Assembly: GCA_019057815.1 (NCBI GenBank)
Contig: JAHLWR010000014.1
Coordinates: 48,690 to 112,689 of the forward strand
Length of the DNA: 64,000 nt
Source of the DNA: Candidatus Heimdallarchaeota archaeon
GTDB lineage: Archaea; Asgardarchaeota; Heimdallarchaeia; Heimdallarchaeales; Heimdallarchaeaceae
Direction of reading: 5' to 3'
Within the stretch, counting starts at the first letter, position 1, and each line of letters opens with the position of its first letter. The notes beneath the pieces are model-generated. The model saw only the letters and a list, made by a program, of their open reading frames with translations, did not search any database and was not told the origin of the DNA. This document shows, one piece after another, positions 21,430 to 30,505 of the stretch. The position numbers and the translations under genes are program-made.

Positions 21430-21616
21430 TAGCGCACAAATAACTCTTGTATGCTATTTAAAGATGCATACTACTTGGATAATAATGAATCGAACCTATA
21501 TGAACCCCATTATAATGATGTGACAAATGTTATTTAAAGCAATATGTAAAGGCAAGAAAAACCTAAACAATGAAAATTCTGTTAGATCCACAGACTTTTT
21601 GTCCAAACAGCAGAAT

Positions 21617-21985
21617 TTAGAACCACCAAAACCAGCTACTAAATAATCCAAGCAAAACAAGAATAACTGGAATACCAAAGAAGAATAGTAATAGAAAAAT
21701 TTTCAACCCTTTGGGAAAACCTGAACGATTTTGACTTTGATTATAAGGTTGAGTTCTTGGTAAAGCATCGTAAGAACCAGACATGGGGGGATTTGTTGGT
21801 TGATAAGTTGAAGGTCCTCTTACTTGTTGATAGGTAGCATTTCTTGATTCTTGGGATGGTGGAGTAACATATTCCTTTTGAGTAGAGGAGGTGGTTTTAT
21901 GCATAGTATCACCACAATTCTCGCAGAAGCTATTAGAAGAATGATTTCTTGCTCCACAGAAAGAACAGTAAATGTAATCGCTCAT
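21617..21985 (-). CDS. Zinc-ribbon protein with low-complexity linker and C-terminal membrane anchor
   Basis: CSFCG...FCENCG, Q/P/T-rich linker and terminal TM helix; start at MSDYIYC avoids overlap with the divergent gene. Confidence 0.8.
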   Translation of the reverse strand: MSDYIYCSFCGARNHSSNSFCENCGDTMHKTTSSTQKEYVTPPSQESRNATYQQVRGPSTYQPTNPPMSGSYDALPRTQPYNQSQNRSGFPKGLKIFLLLFFFGIPVILVLLGLFSSWFWWF

Positions 21986-22103
21986 AGACTTTTCAAGAAA
22001 ATAATACAGATACATGTATATAAACCTATTAATTCCAGTTTTAGATGATAGTATAAAGAAGGAAAAGATTAAGAAATCTATCGGATAACGCAACAAATAG
22101 TAG

Positions 22104-23198
22104 GTGGAAATTTTGAATTGGTTCATAATAACTTCAAATGCATGTAATCTTTGTTGTTCATACTGTTTAAATGAACCTCACCCTCTCTTACCAGTTCAAC
22201 CTTCTTGGGATTTAGAAACTTTGAAGAATTTTATAGAAAAAGACGACAATCCAACATTAGCTTTTTATGGTGGAGAACCTTTACTTAATTTCTCTTTAAT
22301 TAAAGATGTAATGGATGAAATCAAAGCAGAAAACTACACTTTACAAACAAATGGACTACTGTTAAACAAAATCCCTAAAGAGTATTTACTAAAATTTTCT
22401 GCAATCCTAGTATCACTAGATGGAGGAAGAGAAATAACGGATTCTCACAGAGGTAAGGGTACATATGAGAAAGTATCAAGAAATATCCAAGAAATACGCA
22501 ACAATGGATACAACGCTGATTTAATTGCTCGAATGACGATAACAGAGAAATCAGATATTTACAGAGATGTAATTCATTTACTCAACAATGAAAAGCTAGG
22601 TTTTGATAATGTTCATTTTCAACTTGATTGTCAATGGGATGATTTGGATCACACACGTTGGAATAACTTCAAAGAGTGGATAGAAAATTACAATAATGGA
22701 ATCAGCAACCTTGTCACCTATTGGACAGATGAAATGGAAAATGGAATAGTAAAAGGTATAGTACCTTTTCTTGGAGTCTTTAATCATATATTGAATGATA
22801 CAATAACCGATCTTCCTTGTGAAGCAGGATTGAGAAGTTTTGCTGTAAGAACGGATGGAGTTTTAACTGTATGTCCTCTCCCCCCAGAATATGAATTTTC
22901 TGTAGTTGGTGACATAAAAACATCCATTCCTCTAAAATTGGAAAATTCTGTCAAAGTTGAGAAACCCTGTCCTTCTTGTGAAATATACCACTTATGTGGA
23001 GGAAGGTGTCTTTTTGCGAATAAAACAAAATTATGGGGAGAGGAAGGATTCAATCTAGTATGCACTTCTATTAAACATTTAGTCAATCAGCTGAAAATGA
23101 TTAAACCAAAAGTTGAGAAATTAATATACAACAAAACGATACATAAAGACTCCTTTAATTATCCAAAATTTAATAATACAACTGAAATCATACCTTAG
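22104..23198 (+). CDS. Radical SAM/SPASM protein, likely the AF0577 (TIGR04084) family
   Basis: CNLCCSYC, FYGGEPLL, QTNG and SLDG; SPASM PCEAG...VCP...CPSC...LCGGRCL...C. Confidence 0.85.
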   Translation: MEILNWFIITSNACNLCCSYCLNEPHPLLPVQPSWDLETLKNFIEKDDNPTLAFYGGEPLLNFSLIKDVMDEIKAENYTLQTNGLLLNKIPKEYLLKFSAILVSLDGGREITDSHRGKGTYEKVSRNIQEIRNNGYNADLIARMTITEKSDIYRDVIHLLNNEKLGFDNVHFQLDCQWDDLDHTRWNNFKEWIENYNNGISNLVTYWTDEMENGIVKGIVPFLGVFNHILNDTITDLPCEAGLRSFAVRTDGVLTVCPLPPEYEFSVVGDIKTSIPLKLENSVKVEKPCPSCEIYHLCGGRCLFANKTKLWGEEGFNLVCTSIKHLVNQLKMIKPKVEKLIYNKTIHKDSFNYPKFNNTTEIIP

Positions 23199-23202
23199 AT
23201 AG

Positions 23203-24156
23203 CTAGATTACCCATGTTGTATCAACTACATCAATCCTATCTTCAGTGTAAATTCTTAATACTCCCTGTTCAATAAAAATTTCAACAATATCACTTGTAG
23301 TTTTAATATCCATCTTTATTCTAGTAGACAATTTCTGTAGTGTTATTCCACCTTTTTTATGTTCCTTCAATACAACCAATAACACTGCTCTTTCAACGTC
23401 CTCTAGTTGAAGCAAATCTTTTGTTTCATAATAACGAGGAGTTTCTTGATGTTCTAGAATGTTAAGAAGTTGTATAGATAATTTGGAAAGAGTTTCTTTG
23501 TTTAAATCGTTAAGATCATTCAACCATGAGATATACCGTTGAAGAAGTTTCTCTATAGTATCTCTATTATTATTGAATTTCTGATAGAGATTTTGAGTCA
23601 TCACTAAAAATAGAAGCGAAGGGATTTTAACACCCATCATTGTGTGCAAAGAGAAGAAAAGGGGAACAATCCAACGATGTTCTTCATATTCTATCTCCTG
23701 AAAAAGTGGAAATTTTTCTTTAGAATTGTTAAAAAACGAAGTCATAATATTCTCTGACTTATAGTCCAAAATTAATTGAATTGGAGGTAAAGGTTTTACT
23801 AAAGAGAAATTCATTACAATATTATTCTCATCATAAGAATACGCAACAAGGTTAAACACTATTCCTTCATCAAAGGTTTTTGTAACTTTTTCTATTGTTA
23901 TTTCTACTCGAGGAGGTAACTCCCTATTGTGAAGAAAGTGTTTAACGTGACCTATAGTGATGTGTCTATTCCCTGAAACTTTTTTCTCATAAGGATAAAA
24001 ATCTTTTTTTCCTATAAAGCGAAGGTGCCCCTCTATTGTGTCTCCAGATTCTATGAAAGATATCCATTTGGGGACAGTAACGCGGTATGAAGAGGATACT
24101 TTCGTTTCATAGGTTAAAGGAAGTTTAATCTTTCCCTTGCCTTTCTTAATAGACAT
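23203..24156 (-). CDS. Putative regulator: tandem AbrB-like N-terminus, longin-like middle, C-terminal winged helix
   Basis: KVSSSYRVTVPK...GDTI and KVSGNRHITI repeats; C-terminal ERAVLLVV...GITLQKLSTRIKMD...IFIEQGVL. Confidence 0.55.
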   Translation of the reverse strand: MSIKKGKGKIKLPLTYETKVSSSYRVTVPKWISFIESGDTIEGHLRFIGKKDFYPYEKKVSGNRHITIGHVKHFLHNRELPPRVEITIEKVTKTFDEGIVFNLVAYSYDENNIVMNFSLVKPLPPIQLILDYKSENIMTSFFNNSKEKFPLFQEIEYEEHRWIVPLFFSLHTMMGVKIPSLLFLVMTQNLYQKFNNNRDTIEKLLQRYISWLNDLNDLNKETLSKLSIQLLNILEHQETPRYYETKDLLQLEDVERAVLLVVLKEHKKGGITLQKLSTRIKMDIKTTSDIVEIFIEQGVLRIYTEDRIDVVDTTWVI

Positions 24157-24208
24157 TGGTCAAACATATTCTGAATACAGAATAAAAGCTTTATTACTGG
24201 TAGCTTCA

Positions 24209-24243
24209 ATAAACTTCTCCTACCTAAAGTAAGGGGATTTCTG
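24209..24243 (-). mobile_element. Isolated IS200/IS605/IS607-type (tnpB) right-end hairpin remnant
   Basis: CAGAAATCCCCTTACTTTAGGTAGGAGAAGTTTAT; 27/35 identical to the copy at 28378 and resembling the GAA-CCCC-CTTTAGG-GGGG-AGTTCA end motif. Confidence 0.5.
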
Positions 24244-24326
24244 CTATCGTCCACTAAAATTGTTACTTCCAGGAGGAAATTAAGAATGCACAGAAAGCTT
24301 TTATTTTAAATGAATATAAGAAAATC

Positions 24327-25418
24327 ATGTCACTTATTTTTTCCGAATTTCAATTAAAAGACATAACTCTAAAAAACAGATTAGTTAGATCTGCTACCAC
24401 TTCTTATTGGTCTGATCAAGATGGTATTTTGACAAATCCAATTTTAAAATATTATGGGAAATTGGCTAAAGGAGGTGTAGGACTTATAATTAAGGGACAT
24501 TCATACGTTAGTGAAAAAGCAAAAGCACACACAGGACAATCAGGGTTGTCCAGTGACAAACACATTCCTAGAATGAAAGAACTTACAGAATTAACCCATT
24601 CCTTTAATACTCCTATCATTGCGCAATTAAACCACGGTGGTTATAATTGCAAAGCTAATCGAGTCACAGCATCTGATTACAAGATGCCCAAAGGGGAAGC
24701 GAGAGAAGCAACAAAAAATGATATTGAAAAGATAGTTGAAAACTTTGCAAATTCAGCAGAACACGCATTACAATCCGGATTTGATGGTGTTCAGATTCAC
24801 GGTGCTCATGGATATTTGGTAAGTCAGTTTCTAAGTGACATAGTAAACAGAAGAGATGATGAATATGGAGGATCGCTTGAAAAACGCTCTAAACTTCTTT
24901 TTGAGATTTATAAAGAAACAAGAAAAAGTTTGGGAAATAAAGCTCTTATAGGAATCAAACTTAATTGTGATGATTTTGCAGAGAAGGGGGGCATAAGATT
25001 AGAAGATTCTATTCAAGTTACTAAATGGTTGAAAAACAAAGGTATTGATTTTATCGAGATTTCCGGGGGTGGTCCTGAACAACAAGCTAAAATAAGAAGA
25101 GAAAGAGCAAAACCAGAACCAGAAACAGGTTTTATTGAAGCTAATTTTGGAGGACATACTCAAAGAATAAGAGAATCTGTTCCAGAAATACCTCTAGCTT
25201 TAGTGGATGGGATAAGATCTAAATCAACAATCGATAGTTTGCTTAAATCTGATGTAGTAGACCTAGTTTCAATGAGTAGACCATTGATTATAGAGCCTGA
25301 TTTGCCAGAAAGATTGAAGAAAAGTCAACAGAAATCTTCTTGCATAAGCTGTTCGAAATGTATTTCAAAAGAAGCTTTTGCGAAAATGATGTTAAGATGT
25401 CACCATCTTAATCCTTGA
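24327..25418 (+). CDS. NADH:flavin oxidoreductase (Old Yellow Enzyme family)
   Basis: LKNRLVRSAT, AQLNHGG, GFDGVQIHGAHGYLVSQFLS, NRRDDEYGGSLE, SRPLIIEPDL and a CxxCxxC tail. Confidence 0.93.
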   Translation: MSLIFSEFQLKDITLKNRLVRSATTSYWSDQDGILTNPILKYYGKLAKGGVGLIIKGHSYVSEKAKAHTGQSGLSSDKHIPRMKELTELTHSFNTPIIAQLNHGGYNCKANRVTASDYKMPKGEAREATKNDIEKIVENFANSAEHALQSGFDGVQIHGAHGYLVSQFLSDIVNRRDDEYGGSLEKRSKLLFEIYKETRKSLGNKALIGIKLNCDDFAEKGGIRLEDSIQVTKWLKNKGIDFIEISGGGPEQQAKIRRERAKPEPETGFIEANFGGHTQRIRESVPEIPLALVDGIRSKSTIDSLLKSDVVDLVSMSRPLIIEPDLPERLKKSQQKSSCISCSKCISKEAFAKMMLRCHHLNP

Positions 25419-25449
25419 CATCATTGCATTTTTATCAACCTTTATAAAC

Positions 25450-26499
25450 TTGGAAACAAAAACTCAAACGGGATTAATGTCTTCTTCTCTTACTAAAACG
25501 ATTAAACCGGTAATCAAAAAATTAGTAGAAGAATCGTGGTTAATTAAAGAAGGAGAAAGAATACTTATTGTCAGTGACTTCCCTTCTAATGAAGATTTTT
25601 CCTGTAAACCTGTTGAGCTTATTGAATCAATGGTTAACCGAAATATTCTCGCAAAAAGTATCCATGATTCCATTACAGATTTAATCCCTAACCCTGTTGA
25701 ACTTTACTTCATGGAACCAACGTATGAACATTGGAAAAACCCAATAGATAAGATTCTGAAAGAGAAGATCGAATCCTCAAATATAGTTTTTACACTAACA
25801 GAATATTCCTTAACAGATACTCCTATCGTTGCTGTACCTTTAGTAAAAAAACAAATAAAGCACATTTCAGCACCACTAATCCCCCCAGAAGTCTTCTTTC
25901 CTGGAGGACCTTTAGATATAGATTACGACAAAATTGAAGAATTATCTACAAATTTGTTTAATCTCTTTAAAGATGCTAAAAAGCTAGAATTCTATGATAT
26001 TGCAGGAAGTCATCTATCAATCGAATTACCTACCACCTGGCTTTTCGAAACAGGTAGAATCCCTGAATATGGAATGAATACCAATCTTCCACCTGGAGAA
26101 CTAACCTTAGAGATCCCTTATTCAGAATCTGATTGTAAAATATCAGGACAATTGAATATCTTTCCTGGTTGGCAGAGCGGTATGTCTGATCTTCTAATCT
26201 TAAATATAAGTGAAAATAGGTTACATGACGTTGTTGGTGGTGGAGAGATAGGGGAATTGATACAAAAATTGATTCAGAAAGAAGAAGTGAAAGTTGTCCA
26301 ATTTGGGATAGGTACGAATCCTGCTGCTAAAGATCCTTTTTGTCCTACAGTAGCTGACAAATATTATGGAATGGCTCACATTCGCTTTTATCCTGAAATA
26401 AATACAGAGCACTTTTACTTTCCAATATCTAAAATAAAAGTAGATGATAAAGAATACAATCATTTCCAAGTTTTTAGAAACTCTGAACGAAAAATCTAA
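25450..26499 (+). CDS. Aminopeptidase T/M29-like protein with degenerate metal ligands
   Basis: GERILIVSD, NLPPGE, QFGIGTNP and ADKYYGMAHI (family pattern E.GIGTN...DEK..GT.HIA.G). Confidence 0.65.
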   Translation: METKTQTGLMSSSLTKTIKPVIKKLVEESWLIKEGERILIVSDFPSNEDFSCKPVELIESMVNRNILAKSIHDSITDLIPNPVELYFMEPTYEHWKNPIDKILKEKIESSNIVFTLTEYSLTDTPIVAVPLVKKQIKHISAPLIPPEVFFPGGPLDIDYDKIEELSTNLFNLFKDAKKLEFYDIAGSHLSIELPTTWLFETGRIPEYGMNTNLPPGELTLEIPYSESDCKISGQLNIFPGWQSGMSDLLILNISENRLHDVVGGGEIGELIQKLIQKEEVKVVQFGIGTNPAAKDPFCPTVADKYYGMAHIRFYPEINTEHFYFPISKIKVDDKEYNHFQVFRNSERKI

Positions 26500-26510
26500 A
26501 AAAAACGAAA

Positions 26511-27473
26511 TTAATCGAAAACTTCAGCGTTCACTAGGTTTGGAGGTTTCTTTCCAGCTAGTGCAGCTATTAAGTCTTTCGCAGCCATTAAAGACATTTT
26601 TGTTCGTGTTTCAATACTAGCTGAACCAATGTGAGGTAAAACAACTACGTTAGAATATCCAAAAATTTTAGAATTGATTTCAGGTTCATTATAATACACA
26701 TCTAAACCTATACCTGCTATCAGTTTTTCCTCAAGTGCTAGGAGTAAACTAGTTTCGTCAATTACTTTTCCTCTTGCTGTATTGATAAGATATGCAGAAG
26801 ATTTCATTTTTCTAAACTCCTCTATTCCGATCATGTGGTGAGTTTCTGGAGTATAAGGGCAATGGATAGTAATGTAATCAGAAGAAAGAATTAAGTCTTC
26901 AAAAGTGACTTTAATAGCATTTAATTCGCTTTCAATGTCTTCTTTCGGAGATTGACTGTGATAAATAATATTCATTCCAAATCCTTTAGCTCTACGAGCA
27001 ACAGCTTGACCAATCCTACCAAGTCCAATGATACCCAATGTTTTTCCAGAAAAATCACCTCCTAGCAACTCCATAGGTTCCCACCCTTTGAAATTACCAT
27101 CTCTTACATATTTATCAGCTTCTACAATTCTTCTAGATACAGCCAATATTAGTGCAAATGTTAAATCAGCTGTAGCTTCTGTTAATACTCCTGGAGTATT
27201 AGTAACAGGAATTTTCCTTTCTGTAGCTGCTTTAATATCGATATTATCTACTCCAACAGCATAGTTAGCTATAGCTTTAATACCTAAAACATCTATTATT
27301 TCTTCATCTATTTTGTCTGTAAGTAAACAAAGTAAACCGTCAGAACCTCTAGCTTGTTCTAGTAATTCTTTTTTAGTAATCGGTCTGTCATGTTCAAATA
27401 TTTCCACTTCAAACATCTCTTTGAGCAATCTTAAGCCATCTTGAGGAATCATACGAGTAACAAAAACCTTCAT
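26511..27473 (-). CDS. gyaR: Glyoxylate reductase / D-glycerate dehydrogenase
   Basis: AVGVDNID, TNTPGVLTEATAD, GLGRIG, INTARG, GLDV and LPHIGSA. Confidence 0.9.
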   Translation of the reverse strand: MKVFVTRMIPQDGLRLLKEMFEVEIFEHDRPITKKELLEQARGSDGLLCLLTDKIDEEIIDVLGIKAIANYAVGVDNIDIKAATERKIPVTNTPGVLTEATADLTFALILAVSRRIVEADKYVRDGNFKGWEPMELLGGDFSGKTLGIIGLGRIGQAVARRAKGFGMNIIYHSQSPKEDIESELNAIKVTFEDLILSSDYITIHCPYTPETHHMIGIEEFRKMKSSAYLINTARGKVIDETSLLLALEEKLIAGIGLDVYYNEPEINSKIFGYSNVVVLPHIGSASIETRTKMSLMAAKDLIAALAGKKPPNLVNAEVFD

Positions 27474-27531
27474 TATGAAATAAGAAAAAGAGAAGTAAAA
27501 TAAATGTTGTTAAGTATGCAGATTTAATGTT

Positions 27532-28314
27532 TTAAGTATAACCTTCTCTAGCTTTTTTAGTTAAGGTTTGAGGTTCCAAAAGAGATCTTTGTTTCTCAGC
27601 TATCATAGCTAATTGTTTTTTTATTTGCTCAGCTTCTTCATAAAGAGGTTTAGTATCAATAGCTAAAGAGAAATAGTCATTAATCACATTAACGAGCGAA
27701 ATCGCTGCTTCTGGATCAGGAAGCTTAGAAGTAGCAGGAGTCATTAAAACTATACCGACTAATTCACGTAAAAGAGCTTCACTCATTAAAGCTCCAGATA
27801 ATCCTATAACAACTCCAAAGTCATAAATTTCTACAGCGTATTTCTTCAGTTCTAAAGCTACTTCTTTTTCTGCAGCTGTTATGACGACAGGTTTTTCTGG
27901 CTTAATATCTACTGGAATACCATCTAAACACACAAGGTATTTTGCGTCAAAATGCTCTTCTATCCAATTTAAGAGACCTTCAGAAAGCACTAAGTAAGAA
28001 TCTGGAGAAATAGGATAATCAATGCTAATAAGTAAGATTGTTCCTTCATCATTTGAATAAAGTAAGTAAGGGTGTTTTAGAACGTTGTCTGAAAAAATAG
28101 TTACAGGACTTAAAACATTGGATTTAAAGAAACCAATTTCAGTTAACCCTAAGGATCTGACCATTTGTCTGGAAATAATAGGACCAATAATACCAGGACC
28201 AGGATATGTCACAAAAACGATAGGGTTTTTTAGTTCGATTTCCTTCGTTTGAGTTATAAGAAAAGTGTCTTTATGAATACAGATGTCTTTTATATGTTTC
28301 TTCATGAATATCAA
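27532..28314 (-). CDS. PAC2-family proteasome assembly chaperone
   Basis: YPGPGIIG, LDGIP, GLSGALM, PDPEAA and LYEEAEQI. Confidence 0.88.
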   Translation of the reverse strand: MIFMKKHIKDICIHKDTFLITQTKEIELKNPIVFVTYPGPGIIGPIISRQMVRSLGLTEIGFFKSNVLSPVTIFSDNVLKHPYLLYSNDEGTILLISIDYPISPDSYLVLSEGLLNWIEEHFDAKYLVCLDGIPVDIKPEKPVVITAAEKEVALELKKYAVEIYDFGVVIGLSGALMSEALLRELVGIVLMTPATSKLPDPEAAISLVNVINDYFSLAIDTKPLYEEAEQIKKQLAMIAEKQRSLLEPQTLTKKAREGYT

Positions 28315-28377
28315 ATAACTATGTGTACAGAAAAACTTAAAGCTTTCTGTAGGTTAAATAAATTTAATTGAACATAA

Positions 28378-28412
28378 CAGAAGTCCCCTATCTTTAGGTG
28401 GAGGTAGTTCAT
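28378..28412 (+). mobile_element. Isolated IS200/IS605/IS607-type (tnpB) right-end hairpin remnant
   Basis: CAGAAGTCCCCTATCTTTAGGTGGAGGTAGTTCAT; second copy at 24209-24243 on the opposite strand. Confidence 0.55.
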
Positions 28413-28422
28413 CTTTTGAGAA

Positions 28423-29349
28423 CTAATTGTTAGGAAACTCTTTCTCTTGGAATTTTCTTTCTACAAAAAATATTCCCCCTACAATAAGAACAGCTCCAAT
28501 ACCAAAGATATATGTTATGCTTTCATCTAAAAATATTATCGCCAATATGACCGAAACAATAGGAACAAAGGCTTGTATGATGCCAGTTTTAGTAGCAGAT
28601 AGACCTTTAAGCAGTGTTAACCAAAATGTATAAGCTAAAGAAGTAGAAATGATGGCAATAAGTAGAATTAGAAACCAACCTGATAAATTAATATGTAAAT
28701 AATCCAAATCTATTGAGAAAGCAAAACCAGCAAGAAAAATAGAACCTATGAAAAGATTCAGGAAAGTAACAAGTAAAGGATTCTCATCAGAGAAGTATTT
28801 TTTCAAGATAATAGTGTATAATGCCCAAAATATCCCAGATGAGAAAGCGAGAAGGTTCCCTAACATATTAAGTTTTGAGAGTTGAAAAAGAGTTAACAAA
28901 TCATTATCAAATATGACTAAAAACAATCCTAAAAAGGATATCATAATCCCTATAGTTTGCCATTTAGATATTTTTTCACGTATGAAGAAAAAAGCGAAAA
29001 TTGGAATAAGAATTATATTGCTGTTTAAAAGAAAAGAAGCGGAAGAAGCAGAAGTCCACTTAACTGAAAAAAATAGCAATACAGGCATTCCAGCGCAGAT
29101 AGCAGAAGCTAATAAATATATCTTCCACTTATTTCTAAATGAATCAAAGATTTTTTTAAAAACGTTTTTGGTGTTGAATAGAAGTAGAATGAATAAGACC
29201 AAGGATGCAAAAAAATATCTGAAAAAAGATAGCTGTAAAGGAGTAAGCTGACCAGTTCGATCAATAAGATATTCCCCAATTACAGGAGTTAGAGCCCAAC
29301 CAAGAATAACTGTACCAACCTGAATTGACCTTGAGATAATCTTTTGCAC
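28423..29349 (-). CDS. EamA/DMT family transporter
   Basis: Ten TM helices, two EamA repeats (FFRY, IREKI, GNLLAF...WALYTI, FLDESI). Confidence 0.9.
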   Translation of the reverse strand: MQKIISRSIQVGTVILGWALTPVIGEYLIDRTGQLTPLQLSFFRYFFASLVLFILLLFNTKNVFKKIFDSFRNKWKIYLLASAICAGMPVLLFFSVKWTSASSASFLLNSNIILIPIFAFFFIREKISKWQTIGIMISFLGLFLVIFDNDLLTLFQLSKLNMLGNLLAFSSGIFWALYTIILKKYFSDENPLLVTFLNLFIGSIFLAGFAFSIDLDYLHINLSGWFLILLIAIISTSLAYTFWLTLLKGLSATKTGIIQAFVPIVSVILAIIFLDESITYIFGIGAVLIVGGIFFVERKFQEKEFPNN

Positions 29350-29403
29350 ATTCTATCCATAGCATCTGTGTTTCTAAATTTTTCGTAAAAATAAGAAGAA
29401 TCA

Positions 29404-30396
29404 CTATTTTTTAGATTTCTTTTTCCTTCTTGTATTTTTTTGAGATATAATTGGTAGGTAAGGTCCACCACCCATCATCCTAGGGTCGACACTTCTAGCA
29501 GCTAAAAGAGTCTGATCTTGGATTTCTTTAGCAGAATATTCGTAAGGTCTTTCTGTTCTCTTCCTTCTTTTGCTCGTAGAAATTCTGATTAGCATAAATA
29601 GAGCGAAAACTAAGACTAAACCAATTATTAAATCACTAATCTGAAAAGGTCTACTGAGATCAAGAGATAAGAATATTACAACATTGTGCTCTAAACCATC
29701 ATTAGTTTCGAGTACAACTAACTCTTTGTGCTCGTTTAAGCTCGCTTCAATTGAACCAAACTCGGATATAGTGGATGTTAAGTTTACAGTTGTACGCCAA
29801 TAAAGATCAAGAGTATTATCATTGTATAGAAGATGGAAAACAATACTACCATTAGAATCAGCAATTCCTAAAGAAAAGCGGTGGTTCCCTTCTTCAATTT
29901 CTTTAAGAGAAATCTTGGTTAATTCACCAGGTTTAACTTGTTCTTGCCAGACAACATTATCAGTAAATTCGAAGTAAAAACCTCCTTCATCACGTTCATT
30001 CAGTTTATCTATATAAACAAGGCATACTAATTCTAGAATGTCAGGAGTTAAATTATCATATCTTACTGAGTAAAAGCCTGTTCCAATATAGTAAAACGTA
30101 TTATCTTCGGTAACATTGTAACGAGAACCTAACAAAGATCCTTCAAGCGAAAAAAACATATTATACATCCCTTCTGTTTCGTCGAAAAATGTTTGAATAG
30201 TGCACAGAGTTGTATCAGCCCCCAGTGTAAGGTTGACATTAAAATATTCACTACTATAAGGATCGACTGTTAAGGTAATCGTGTTATAAGCTTCTACTGA
30301 ATAAGATGGAGGAAATAAAGAAGTGAGAACTATCAACGTTAGCGAGAAAACAAGCTTTTTTTTCATTATACTCTGTACTAAAAAATCTAAAATCAT
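29404..30396 (-). CDS. Secreted, C-terminally anchored hypothetical protein
   Basis: Signal peptide MKKKLVFSL..., beta-rich ectodomain, one TM helix and a basic cytoplasmic tail. Confidence 0.75.
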   Translation of the reverse strand: MILDFLVQSIMKKKLVFSLTLIVLTSLFPPSYSVEAYNTITLTVDPYSSEYFNVNLTLGADTTLCTIQTFFDETEGMYNMFFSLEGSLLGSRYNVTEDNTFYYIGTGFYSVRYDNLTPDILELVCLVYIDKLNERDEGGFYFEFTDNVVWQEQVKPGELTKISLKEIEEGNHRFSLGIADSNGSIVFHLLYNDNTLDLYWRTTVNLTSTISEFGSIEASLNEHKELVVLETNDGLEHNVVIFLSLDLSRPFQISDLIIGLVLVFALFMLIRISTSKRRKRTERPYEYSAKEIQDQTLLAARSVDPRMMGGGPYLPIISQKNTRRKKKSKK

Positions 30397-30505
30397 TAAT
30401 AATATTTGTGCAAAGAAAAAATTAGAAATCTTCTGAAGTTGAAATGAAAATTCTTAGGAACTTCTATATTTTCAGGATTAATTCGCTTACATTCTAGATT
30501 TCCGT

